A DNA stretch of 64,000 nucleotides, from NCBI GenBank assembly GCA_963693365.1, contig CAVNZM010000013.1, positions 8,494,940 to 8,558,939 of the forward strand, written 5' to 3'. Numbering within the stretch: position 1 is the first letter of the stretch; each line of letters starts with the position of its first letter. The notes beneath the pieces were generated by a model. The model was not told the DNA's origin. It worked only from the letters and a program-made list of their open reading frames with translations, and ran no database searches. The DNA is from Amoebidium appalachense. Lineage: Eukaryota; Protista; Ichthyosporea. The position numbers and the translations under genes were made by a program. Shown piece after piece: positions 29,998 through 42,550 of the stretch.

Positions 29998-30971
29998 GGA
30001 AATTGAATGTACCATATTAGGAAATGTGTAACGAATGTTCGTTTTTCGAATGTAAATCTTTAGACTCAATTAGCGCATAAATGCAGTGAACGAATGAAAT
30101 TTGAGGTGTGGTATTTATTTGTCTGTTTTTTTTTTGTTTTTTTTTTTTTTTTTTTTTTTTTTTGGGGGGGGGGGGATAGTGTTTCGATGCCAGCGAATTT
30201 TTGACGCAAGCAGGTTTTAGTCGCTTTTGAATGATGCATAGTGGAACGTATGTACCTGCAGCTTTTACCTGCGCACCTAAATGTTATGAATCTGAGGGGA
30301 AAAAGACACGTGAGATTTGTTCAGATTCTGCAGACTTAAATCATGAATGAAAAAGAAGAAGTACGCGAGTCCGGAGGCGCGATTGTTTTAGCGTTGAGAA
30401 TAAATACATGTTCTCCAAAAGCCTGAGAGACAGTCCATAGCCCGAGCCCGAGGGGGGCCTTATACTTGTTTTTCAGCAGATGCCAGATCGGTTTGCACAT
30501 AGCTTTCCCCTCCCCCCCCCCCCCCCCCCCCTCCCCAACACCCCCCTCCCGGCCCCTCCATCCAATAAAATGAGATTAGATAAAAATGAGGTCCCCCCCC
30601 CCCCCCCCCTTCCCCCTCCATTTCCCTCCCACCCCACAATGAACCTTGGCAAAGGGGCACTGTGCATATTTTGTTTTTCTCTGGTTGGGCTTTGTCCCCC
30701 CCCTTCTCCCCCCCCCCCCCCCCCCCCCCGGCTAAGGAAAGGTATGCGATCATTAGTCGTTTCAGCAACAAAGATCTACCTCAAACGGTAGCTACCCCCC
30801 ACCCCTTCCCATTCTCCCACGTTAGGAAAGTCTCTAAGCCCCCCCCCCCCCTCCCCCCCCGGGGCCCCCTCTCCACAGACACACATGCACACATGCTGTT
30901 CGGGTTGCCTTTTGTTCTGTTCCCGCCTTCCCCTTCTCTCTTTCTCTTTCCTCCATGTCCTCAAAATCCTC

Positions 30972-31007
<36 letters not shown>

Positions 31008-31581
31008 ACACACACACACAAAAAAAAAAAAAAACGTGGACCGTGATTTCTCAGGAGCCTCTTTTCTCCTTCAGGGGTTTCAAGTCTTTCATAAATATAA
31101 GGTACGAATCTATCTAAGGAGGTATCCCTTAAGAACCTTTGCACAGTGGTATGAAGCGTATTATCATGAGGGAAAACTATTTTAGCCAGTCGATTTTAGC
31201 CAGTCGATGGTTGAGTGTGGTTCATGAACCAAATGCGGATATCGATGGCTGGCGTGGAGCAGGAAAGGGGGAATGGGTGGGGCGATTAGAAACACAAGAA
31301 ATGCAATGAATGGCATGGCATGTAGTGAACTCTAGTCCGGGGCTAAGGGGCTAGTGGTGGTGCGATGGTGGCATTTGATGGGTTCTCGGAGGGGGAGAAG
31401 GGGGGGGGGGGGGAGGGGGGGAGGGAGGGAAGCTATGGACTGTGGGGAAGATATAAACTGCTGAGATACCATCGACAGAAAGGGCCAAGAGGCACCGGGA
31501 ACAGGGGGAGGAGGGCCCCGGGGGGGAGGAGGGGGAGGGAGAGGAGGGCACCGGTGTAGGGGTGTGGGTGTGTGTGTCTGT

Positions 31582-31613
<32 letters not shown>

Positions 31614-32083
31614 GGAGGGGGGGGCGGGGCTGGGGGGAGGCCTTTGAAAGGCCTAGCTTCTGATATGCAGCGAAACACTTTTTTACGAACAGGCTACTTT
31701 TAAAAGTTGCTCCCTCCTCCCCCCCCCCCCCCCCCCCCCTCCCTCCCTCCCCTTCCTCCTCCCCTCCCCCCTCCCCTAACCCATTTTTCCTCCTCCCTCT
31801 TCGCTGCAGAGCCTGTAGCGTTCGGCTTACCGTGCACACACACACACAAACAAACAAAAAAACACACACAAACAAACAAATATACACACTGTTTATATAT
31901 ACAAACATTGTATTACACATGTACACACAAATACACACACACACAGACACACGCGCGCGCGCGCGCACGCGCACACACGCATGCACACACACACGCACGC
32001 CTGCATGATGCACGCATGCACGCACACGCACACACGCACGCACGCACACGCACTCATCACACACGCACACATATGACACACGA

Positions 32084-32213
<130 letters not shown>

Positions 32214-32287
32214 CACAGGCACACACACGCACAATATTCACACAACCACACACCCACACCGTTTGCACACACACACATGCAACTCAC

Positions 32288-33485
32288 ATTTGCAGCAGCC
32301 AGTGCCTTGTTTGCATTAGCCACGGCCATAGCAATCATGCTCTCTATGCCCACCCCCGGGCCGTATGTTCTGGCTGCAAGTGCCGAGTAGACCACCATGA
32401 CGTCAATCACAGCACCAGTATCGGTTGCGTTACCGCGGCTTGCCCGTGATTTTGCACCCAAGAAACGGCTGAATTAGACGCAACAGGTGGTATCAGAGGT
32501 TGTAACAGTTTGATTATCGGGAATGATGTTTCTGAAATTACGGTTTTTGTGATGTCCGCGGCCATGGGTCTCATGCTGAATTTCTGCATTTTCCCGTTGC
32601 TGTTTTTGGCCACCCTCGACCCAAACACAGATCCATTGGGCCCAGATACCAACGTGACAGTCTCGCCTGCCTCCCCACCCTCCACTGTCCCATCCCACAC
32701 GGTGTAATTTCCGATCTCCTGAATTAATGTTTTTGTTGAATTTAGGACAACCCCGTTGACAAGGTGCAGCCTTAATCGTTGCGCCCCAAAAGCGATTGGC
32801 AAGGGGTTGGCGTGCACTATTCCGTTGGAGGGTGTCGGACGCAATTGGTTGTGTGGCTGGCCGGAGGGGATTTGATGGTGTGGGAATCTGCGAAAGGCAA
32901 AAGGAGATGAGCATTGGAAAGCTGCGGTGCATAGCAATGCAATCACACATTGGTGTGGAGGGAATTACATAACCCACCCTGCCTGCACCGCAGGGCTGTG
33001 CCGAGACACTACATGCGTATACCCTTCAGGCATACCCGAGAGGATGCAGGGCCACGCAGTCGTGCAGCAGCTTCACTAACATTAGAGAATGACAGTGGGC
33101 ACAAACTCAACGCCTCCAAATATTCGCCACTTGGTGGGTTTCATTAGAGGGACAAGAAGCGCCTCGGAAAGAAAACTTTTGAGGAAATAATCTGTTGGAA
33201 AAAATTTGAAGAATGATTAAATTAAGAAGAAATCACGCTAGTATCAAAGGTACGAAGAAAAATCGGGGGGGAGTGTGGACATGTGGTGTCTGCACTACAG
33301 CATACTGAATATGATTATTTGATAAATTTGATGCACGGCAACGTCATGTATGCCAGTTGCCTCTCCTCGCGGTGTCACCATTATGATTCTAGGCACAAGT
33401 AATATCCTTTTGCCCCTAACACAAGGTTGCCCACTCTTTCACACAAACATGTGTACACATTGTGCCGTGCGTGCCGTGTGCGCGT

Positions 33486-33546
<61 letters not shown>

Positions 33547-33678
33547 CACACACCCACACACATACACACACACGTGCACGCACACACATGCACACACACA
33601 CACGTGCACACACGCACACCCACACACACAGAGACACGTGCCCGCGCACACACAAATACACACGCACGCACACACGCG

Positions 33679-33745
<67 letters not shown>

Positions 33746-34084
33746 CATACGCCCAAACACGCACATGGATAATAGACCCGAGCATGCGGGTGCACACACA
33801 CACGTGTATGCACGGAATAGTTGTGCGAACGCTAATATTATCATGATGCACAAAGACACGCACACACTATGGTGTTCGGTGGAACAGGCACAAGCCCCAT
33901 GCACACGCCCGCACACACACACACACGCACATACAAGTGTAACACAAACAGTGTCACACACGCACACACACACACACACACACGTGCACACACACGTGCA
34001 CACACACACACATACACACACACATTCACACACACACTCTCTCTCTCTTTCTCTTTCAGTCACACACACACACACATGGCATTG

Positions 34085-34158
<74 letters not shown>

Positions 34159-34228
34159 CACACGCACACATATATGCACATGCACTGTAACACACACACC
34201 CACACAAACACACACACACACACTGACT

Positions 34229-34301
<73 letters not shown>

Positions 34302-34610
34302 ATGCACACACACATGCACATGTATACGTATACGTGCACTACACACACATGTATTACATCGATGTTCAATTTTCATGATTTGTTCCAAGCCCTACACTGA
34401 AGTAATATTATGTCGTCGCGGTGCTGAGACACAGCGTGGCAGGAAACAAGGACACATACACGTGCACTTACCTCGGCATCATCAAAAACTGACGATGTGC
34501 CTGCCGCATCAATAATATCTGCTGCCTCTGCTGGCCCTATTAAACTTGGCCTGCCCACGTGCCACGGCACAGGCGAGAAGCAGCCAACGAAGAAGATGTC
34601 GTGGAACCAT
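32288..34610 (-). pseudogene. Secreted reprolysin-like (bacterial M12B/M72-type) metalloprotease, frameshifted and truncated
   Basis: Exon 1, 34610-34472, encodes a signal peptide MVPRHLLRWLLLACAVARG, has a GTAAGT donor and 1 frameshift. Exon 2, 32887-32288, has a pyrimidine-tract acceptor, pro-domain TVWDGTVEG..TVTLVSGPNGSVFGS, mature start VIDVMVVYSALAA..IESMIAMAVANANKALAAAN, a GTGAGT donor and 2 compensating frameshifts. No HExxHxxGxxH exon found downstream. Confidence 0.65.
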
Positions 34611-35694
34611 GGTGCCTGCTGTAAGCACTGTGTTCATGCAGGGTCTGTGTTTGTTCAACTCAAGTTGCGTGAAACTACTACCATGTCTTCCAATTGGTGA
34701 GGGTTTCAGACAGCCAGAGAATATTATGGTGTAGGTGCACCTGGGACCAACGCGTGCCTCTCGGTTACGAAACTGTTTGGATTGAATTTCATGCAAATGT
34801 GAGAGGCAGCCCATGGGGGCCCCGTGTCAGCCGTTCTTCCCAAAATATCTCTGTTGGCAAAATACTGGAGGGTATGAAATAGCGATTACGATGGACGATG
34901 GCTGACAATGACACCAAACTATTCCAGTCTGCATTTCTGGGCACCACATTCTCAGCATGCTACTGGCTACTGCCAACCGATCCTGTAGATGTATGCGTGC
35001 GGGCCGTAGTTTCCATCGCTCTGATATGCCGACATGGCTCACATGCAGGCAGGCAAGCACACTGCAGCATTAGCACTGTGTACATACACAATGGGCTGCC
35101 ATGGGCAGAAAAAGTTTGTATGGAAAAACCACCACACCCCGACGCACAGATAGATGCAACATTCCAAGCACATTCCATGATGACGAAGGAGGGATCTGGG
35201 GAGAATCCATTTAGAAAAATTGCCTTCCTGACAAGTCCCGTCACATTTTTGGCACTGAAACACTGAAACAAACCCGGCACTGAAACAAACCCGGGCAACG
35301 TTCATGGCCATAACAATTAAACACAGGCCTGCGAAGCCCAAAAGCACACACTAGTAAAATGCACATGAATGGCCTCTATATATGCACTGCTTCTATCATA
35401 GCATAGATTTAACAAAAGACTAAGAAAGTTTAGGGAGACATATTTTGGTAAACTATGACGTCATGACAATACTCCGTATCATCATGGTTTGCTATACAGT
35501 AGTGACAGTACACATGTGCTATGTGCACACACACCGTACAGCGTGTACATCTTTGGTGTGATTTTAGGCAGAAGCACGTTATTATTAAAGCCTCAGTGAT
35601 ATTAGGCCTACATAGAGTGCTTGCTGTAAGGCTTTTTCAAGGAAAGGAGGAATCACTTGATCGTGATTGGCCCACAAGACAATCAATTCCACAT

Positions 35695-36307
35695 AGTGTG
35701 TGTGTGACCGCAATAGTGTGTGTGTGACTTTGGACTGCCACTTACTTATTAAACATGTACACAATCACAAGATAATCACGCAATATAACAAATGGAAAAA
35801 GATACCACACGACACTAGACCCGATGAAAGCATACACCTTGAAAAACTAAGCCTTATGTCTCGTTTTATATATACTGACCGCCTCAACCATATTGCCAAA
35901 TATGGCACTCGCAAGTGTATAACACCTAAATACATATTACCTTCCTGTAGAACTGGTCTTTCTCTAGCTGATGGTATTATTGATCAATTACCACGCTTTT
36001 ACTGTACACGTGCTATACAGTGGAGATCTAATAAGTATAAGGTGGCATCATTTGCATGCCCAAACAACACACACACACACCAGTTTAACCGGTCATGTAT
36101 CGCCAAATGTAGTTTGATAGACCACATAATACCGCAACACACACACGTCACATTCACAACAGACACCCAGAAAGATAGCCTACCTGTAAATTACAACATC
36201 CTTGATTTTATACTAAACACGCGTAACTACGACCTGTTTATTAGATGTATTGATTGGCTTGAGAAACACATCACTACAAAATTATAGCGCACGCGCACAC
36301 ACACACA

Positions 36308-36356
<49 letters not shown>

Positions 36357-36388
36357 CCAGCTGATACCGAGTGTCCCGAGGGGAGCCC

Positions 36389-36431
<43 letters not shown>

Positions 36432-36625
36432 GGGGAACCCCAACTAATTGATTTCTCCTTGTAGTCTTTATGGTGTCTCGTAGAGAAAGTAAACCCTGAT
36501 ATATAGTCACCACCCGACATCTATGTACGTGATCATGATATACCGCTGAGGGGATATTCCGAGCAAACCCCCCCCCCCCCTACCTGAGACTGGTTCTCTT
36601 TGCCTCGAGTAAACAGCGTAAACCC
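35695..36625 (+). mobile_element. 5'-truncated non-LTR retrotransposon (LINE family B)
   Basis: ORF remnant 35700-36287 (QWRSN..CP..HQFNRSCIAKC...NILDFILN) is homologous to family A. It is followed by (CA)n, an A tract and a 3' region ending GTAAACCC. 11-bp TSD CAATTCCACAT at 35684-94 and 36626-36. Confidence 0.75.
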
Positions 36626-37045
36626 CAATTCCACATCCGCATTTCTATATTTAGCCTCCACTCAAGCTGCTGTTACTATATTTGGCACATTCTGCACATG
36701 TGACATTACGCGCAAACGGTCAAACTTGAAAAAAAACGGAATGCGATGATGCATGCATGCACAGCGAGTCAGCTCAGCGAGCCATCGGAGAGAGAGCGAA
36801 AGACACACACGTGGTTGTACAGTCATAGTAGCCCTGCAGTAGCAGATGCTTTATGTACACTCAAGACACTGTATGTGTGGCTGTTTGAAACAATACTTCG
36901 CAAGTGTTGGTGGCTCTGATGCATGGCAAGGTTGTCTGAACTCTTGAAGTTAAACATTTGGAAAACTGCGAGCAGCTACTGGATTGTCGAAAACCCGACA
37001 GAACTTTCTGAACAGCCGCTGTAACTTATTCGATATATATAGAGA

Positions 37046-37979
37046 ATGTCGGTAAGTGCTGCCTCTTTTGCTGGCAAAGATGTGTGGTGTTGGTAATGGT
37101 GGTGAGGGAGGGAGGGGGGCGGAAGGGGGGGGGGGGGGGGGGGGTTAGGGTAATCAGCTCTGATGTTGGGCTAGGTTGTGCATGGAGGAGAGAGAAGGTT
37201 TGTATAGAATATGAAAGCTACTCCTGTATAGAAAGAGCCTATAGAGAGGGAGGGGAGTAGGGGGTGGGGGCGGTGTGTGAGCACTGAGAATGGTACAGAA
37301 GTATGGGACTTTTGATTGTGGCTGGTGTGGACGCGTGAGCGCCACAAGGTGAGCACCCGGGGGGAAGGGGAAGGGGAAGGGGGGTGGAAGGGGCGTCGGG
37401 GGAGAAGGGGGGGGGAGGGGAGTGTGGAAGGAGGGTAAGCTTTGCAGTCTACTTGACGGTGTTTCTGTCTGCGTTGTAGATGTTGTGTGTGGGTAGACTT
37501 GTGCTGAAATATTTTACACTTGTTTATACTGCTTCTCTGTGAGTTTGTGTTTGGATCTGTACTGCCGGTTTAAGTGTGCACTAATTCGTGCATTTGCTTG
37601 ACTGTGTACTGCATTGAATGTTCCTTTCTGCCGGCACGTTGTGTTTGTGCCTGGGGTGGCGGTTGAAGGGTTTCATAAGTCACTTTCTTGTTTTTCATTT
37701 AGTCTTCATCACGGTTCCCTTTAATATAAGTTGTTTATGTGTGCCCCTTCTCTCCTCCCCCCTACCCCAGGTTGAGTTCCTTGTTGTGTTCTATAGTTTC
37801 TCGTTTGCAGTCCCTTCCATGCTCTGTCCCGGGTCCTATACTGTGTTCCCGTGCACTTCTCTATGCCTGCCTCAAGCCCCCCCCCCCCCCTCCCCCCCCC
37901 GGTGGGGATTAGCATCTCTTTCTTCCCTTCGTTGGTGGGATGTGCTGATTAGAGAACTTTAATAGTGATGGTGGCTTTT

Positions 37980-38010
<31 letters not shown>

Positions 38011-38595
38011 GAAGGGGAGAAGGGTGGAGGGATAGAGCTGCTGCTGTTGTTTCAACACTCGCCGGTGAAGTCGGATGGATGACGTGAGCAGATTGGAAGA
38101 GCGATCGGTGTGTGTTAGGTGGGGGATTTTTTTTCTGCTTAATTCTTTTTACTTCTTCTGAGGGGTAAAGCGGGGGAGTTGGATGGGGGGGGGGAGGGGG
38201 TCAAGGGGGGAGGGAGGGGGTGGGGTAGTTGTGTGGGGAGCGGGAAGGAGTGGCTTGATGTAGTTGTAAGAGCGTGAGGGGGCGAGAGGGGGGCCTGTGG
38301 GCTAGCGTGCACCTCTTGCGTGGCACTCACACGTGTGTGTGTGTGTGCAGGCACAACTGTGCAACCCAAAGCCTTTCCTTGCCGAGCTGACAGGCAAGGC
38401 CGTGATGGTCAAACTGAAGTGGGGCATGGAGTACAAGGGCTATCTGGTCTCGGTCGACGGATACATGAATCTGCAGGTGTGTGCGTGGGTGGGTGGGGGG
38501 GGGGGGAGGGAGGGGGGGACGTGTGTGGGTGGAGGGGATGGGTGGGTTTGGGTGGGGGGGTAGGGGTGGGAGGATGGATGGTTGTGTGTGTGTGT

Positions 38596-38629
<34 letters not shown>

Positions 38630-38908
38630 AATACTTCACCTCCAATTTGCACATGGAGAAATGCAGGCCGCACAAAAGCAGACCAGAACTATGCTCATTC
38701 ACACGTCCCCACAGCTTTAGCAATGCACATCCGCACGTACACGGCTGATTCTACTCCGTACATGTGGAAGTTGAACATTAGGGGAAAGGTGGTTTTTTTT
38801 TGGGGGGGGGGGGGGGGGGGGAGGGGGGGTTAACGGGCATCTCAGTTTGTGTATGTTGGGCCATGGCAATGGGGATGCAGGGGTGTCTGTGTGTGTGTGT
38901 GTGTGGTG

Positions 38909-38953
<45 letters not shown>

Positions 38954-39821
38954 GGGGGGGGGGGGGGGGGCAAGAATGCAAGCTGAATGGAAAGTGGGGG
39001 GGCGTATTAGCGGTGCACTGAAGAGATAGTGCACGGGGCACCATGTTGCTGCTAATTCCGCAAACACTGAGAACTTGGATGAACGAGCTACGTTTGTGTA
39101 ACTTGTTACTGCTGTGGTATTAGGCGTGTTTTTTTTCTGGGGGGGGGGGGGGGCTCTTTGGGTTTTGTGGGAGGGTAACTCTTTCTGACTGTGTGTGTGC
39201 AGTTGGCCAACACGGAGGAGTGGATTGATGGGGCCATGGCCGGCAATCTTGGAGAGGTCCTAATTAGGCAAGTGCGCACACAACTACTACCACATGTACA
39301 CCATGATGCACGTGCGCATAAGGCACATGCACACACACGGATGCATGCACATACACTTGCACGTCCCACACCCCCACACACACACGGGGAGGGGGGGGGA
39401 GGGGGGAGGAGGCGCAAACACATGTATGTGCGCAAGCACGTTGCGAACAATTGCACACATGTTTGCGCACACATACACCCCAGACACCCGCATGAACATG
39501 CTTGCATACAACCCCCCCCAACACACGCACACGCACACAAGCGCACACACACATGCTCCCGCACTTGCAGACAGTGCACACATCCACATATACCTACACG
39601 TACCTTATACGTCCACACATGCACACACCACGTGCACGCGCGTACACTCACACATACAAAAACATACACTCATGCATGCACACGTGCTCACTCACACACA
39701 TGTGCGCACACACATACACACACACACACACATACACACACACACACACACACACTGACTGGCTAACCCCGACACGGCATGCTTTCATATCCCATGTCAC
39801 GGTTTTTCCCTATGTATACGA

Positions 39822-39886
<65 letters not shown>

Positions 39887-40415
39887 TGTGTGAGTGTGTC
39901 TGTGTCTGTGTGTGTTTGTGTGTGTAGGCTTGCACTGTGCCAAACGTGTTTGGATGCAGTGGTGTATTTATTGCTGATGGCGGCTGTTGAACCAGGCCGG
40001 TGTGTGTGCTTGCATACCCATGCAGGTGCATCTGTGCTGTGTGTGTGCTTGCCCCCGCATGTACATGCATGTGTGCTGGGTGTGTTTGTGTGTGTAGTGT
40101 GGGTGTGCTTGCGTGTGTGTGTGTAGTGTGGGTGTGCTTGCGTATTGGTGTGGGTGTGGATGTGCTTGTGCTTGCGTGGGTGCGCTTGTATGTGGGTGTG
40201 TAGGTGTGGGTGTGTATGTGTGTGGGTGTGTGTGTGCTTGCATGTGTGTGTGTGTGTGTGTGTGTGCTTGCATGTGTGTGTGTGTGTGTGTGGTCGTATC
40301 CTCATGCACATGCATGTATGCTGGGTGTATGTGTAGTGTGGGTGCGCTTGTGTGTTGGTGTGGGTGTGGGTGTTCTTGTGTGTGTGTGTGTGTAGTGTGG
40401 GTGCGCTTGTGTGTT

Positions 40416-40451
<36 letters not shown>

Positions 40452-40594
40452 GCCTGCTCGTGTACATGCATGCGCGCTGTGTGCTTCTACCCTCATGCAC
40501 ATGCATCTGTGGCCTGTGCTGACCGGAGGATGGATTGTGCAGGTGCAACAACATACTCTACGTGAGGAGAGTGGACGATAGCATGGATGATTAG
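37046..40594 (+). CDS. SNRPF: Small nuclear ribonucleoprotein SmF, 4 exons, 82 aa
   Basis: Exons 37046-37051, 38351-38476, 39203-39267, 40543-40594 give [82 protein letters not shown]. Intron 3 has a GC donor. Confidence 0.96.
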
Positions 40595-40716
40595 GCACGA
40601 ATGGCATGCAAGTATTAAATTTTAACGAATAAACGTGATATTATAGTGGGTGCTTGAGGCTCCACAGACTGTTGTTATACTAAACAGTGCCGATGATGGA
40701 CCCGTGAGTGTGATAT

Positions 40717-40860
40717 GCCCCTCCCTGAGGATGGACTCTGCTTAAATCGCATACTGTGCGCATGGCTGATGTTGCATACTTGAATGTTTGCCTTTGCATG
40801 TTTCCTGCACCATGCTTCTCATCGTGTATGCGTACTTCGTACCGTGTTCCACATTCAAAC
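40717..40860 (+). repeat. Dispersed repeat of about 140 bp, copy 1
   Basis: Aligns by eye with the reverse complement of 57953-58080. Confidence 0.8.
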
Positions 40861-40864
40861 CCCC

Positions 40865-40895
<31 letters not shown>

Positions 40896-41322
40896 GCGCG
40901 CGCGCGCACACACACACACACACACAGTGCCACCCAACTACCAATCGCTTACCCAGCCACCGATACCACCACAGCAAGAACCGCTCGTGCACGCATGCAC
41001 ATACACACACACCACACATACACACCGCACACGCGTGCGCGCACAAAAACCTCATACACAAACAGGCACACTACACACACACATACACACACACACACAC
41101 AGACACACACACACACAAACACACGCACACGCACACACACACACCACAAACAAGCAAGCAAACACACGAACACGACCGACCGTAGCCTCCTGCCCACTAG
41201 TGATTGATCTTTATCCTTACATAGTTACTGCGCTTTGAAGGACCACGCTCTCACACATCCACGCTCGTGCGTGCGTGCACACACACACACAGACACACAC
41301 ACCACACACATATACACGGTGG

Positions 41323-41399
<77 letters not shown>

Positions 41400-41764
41400 G
41401 CACACACACACACACGACCCCAACCCCCAATGTGACTGGCACACGCACATGTGGATGACATTGTCTGTGCGACTGTCCATTGACTTGAAGCTAGCCGCAA
41501 GGACATATCGAGAGAGAGAAGGGTGGGTGGGTGGGGTGGGTGGTGGTGGTTGTGTTCATACCATCCGGACCAATTAACATCAGAGTTCCGACTCTGAGGG
41601 ACCGGGGGAAGGGGCTAGAGTAGAAAGGGGCCCCTGAGAGGGGAGGGGGGGGGGGGGGATGGAATGCGAGGCAGGAAGGGGAGAGGAGGAAGAGAGAAGG
41701 GAAAACGATCGGGAGGATGGGAGAGGGGATAGAGAGAGAAAGAGGGGGGCAAGGGGGGGAAGGA

Positions 41765-41799
<35 letters not shown>

Positions 41800-42281
41800 C
41801 AACTGTGTCAAGTGTGGCTGGGAGCTCTGTTTTGGTAATTGCTGATTTATATTGGCCGTATATATGCAGCATGGAATATATTTACATGGTGCCATATATA
41901 CTCGCTATGGGGCATGTTCTGAGCCCCATTCACCATTTACATGGTCCCTAATTGGGACATAGATGTGCGGCAGCCATCAGCACCTACTGGATCCGCACCT
42001 GAACGCTAGTTGGTCTACGTATACACTATTTCCTATGTAGACTGTATCTGCATTTATATCCTGCTGCTATTTACGTGCTGCACTGACTGTCTCAGTGAAA
42101 TAGATCAACCGACGTTCGTTTATCCGTAATAATTATCCTGCCAGCCCAGAATATGTCATGTGGGATATTCTAGAGGTTTCCTAAGTATTTCTGTGCACCG
42201 TGGCCTGCGTGAGCAGGTGTTTGTGTGTCTGTGTGTGTAGGTGCGTACTTGTGTGTGCGTCACGGTGTGTGTGCTTTGTGT

Positions 42282-42332
<51 letters not shown>

Positions 42333-42398
42333 GGGGGGGGGGGATGGGCTCTTTGTGTGCCAGGCTGCTCCATTTATCTGTGTTTCTGTACGTACGTG

Positions 42399-42445
<47 letters not shown>

Positions 42446-42550
42446 TGTGCGAGTGTGTGTTTGTGCGTGAGTGCGTGCTCCTGTGCAGGGTGTAAGTTGT
42501 ATTGTTCCGTGGATGTAGGTGCTATATATACTCGAACAAGATATATTTTC

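Noticed and set aside
34898-35266. 122-aa non-repetitive ORF
   Set aside because: No recognisable motif, paralog or splice context.
36358-36626. Hammerhead ribozyme / Penelope pseudo-LTR in the LINE B 3' region
   Set aside because: CTGA words are present, but I could not build a CUGANGA...GAAA core with three stems, and the protein end is not GIY-YIG.
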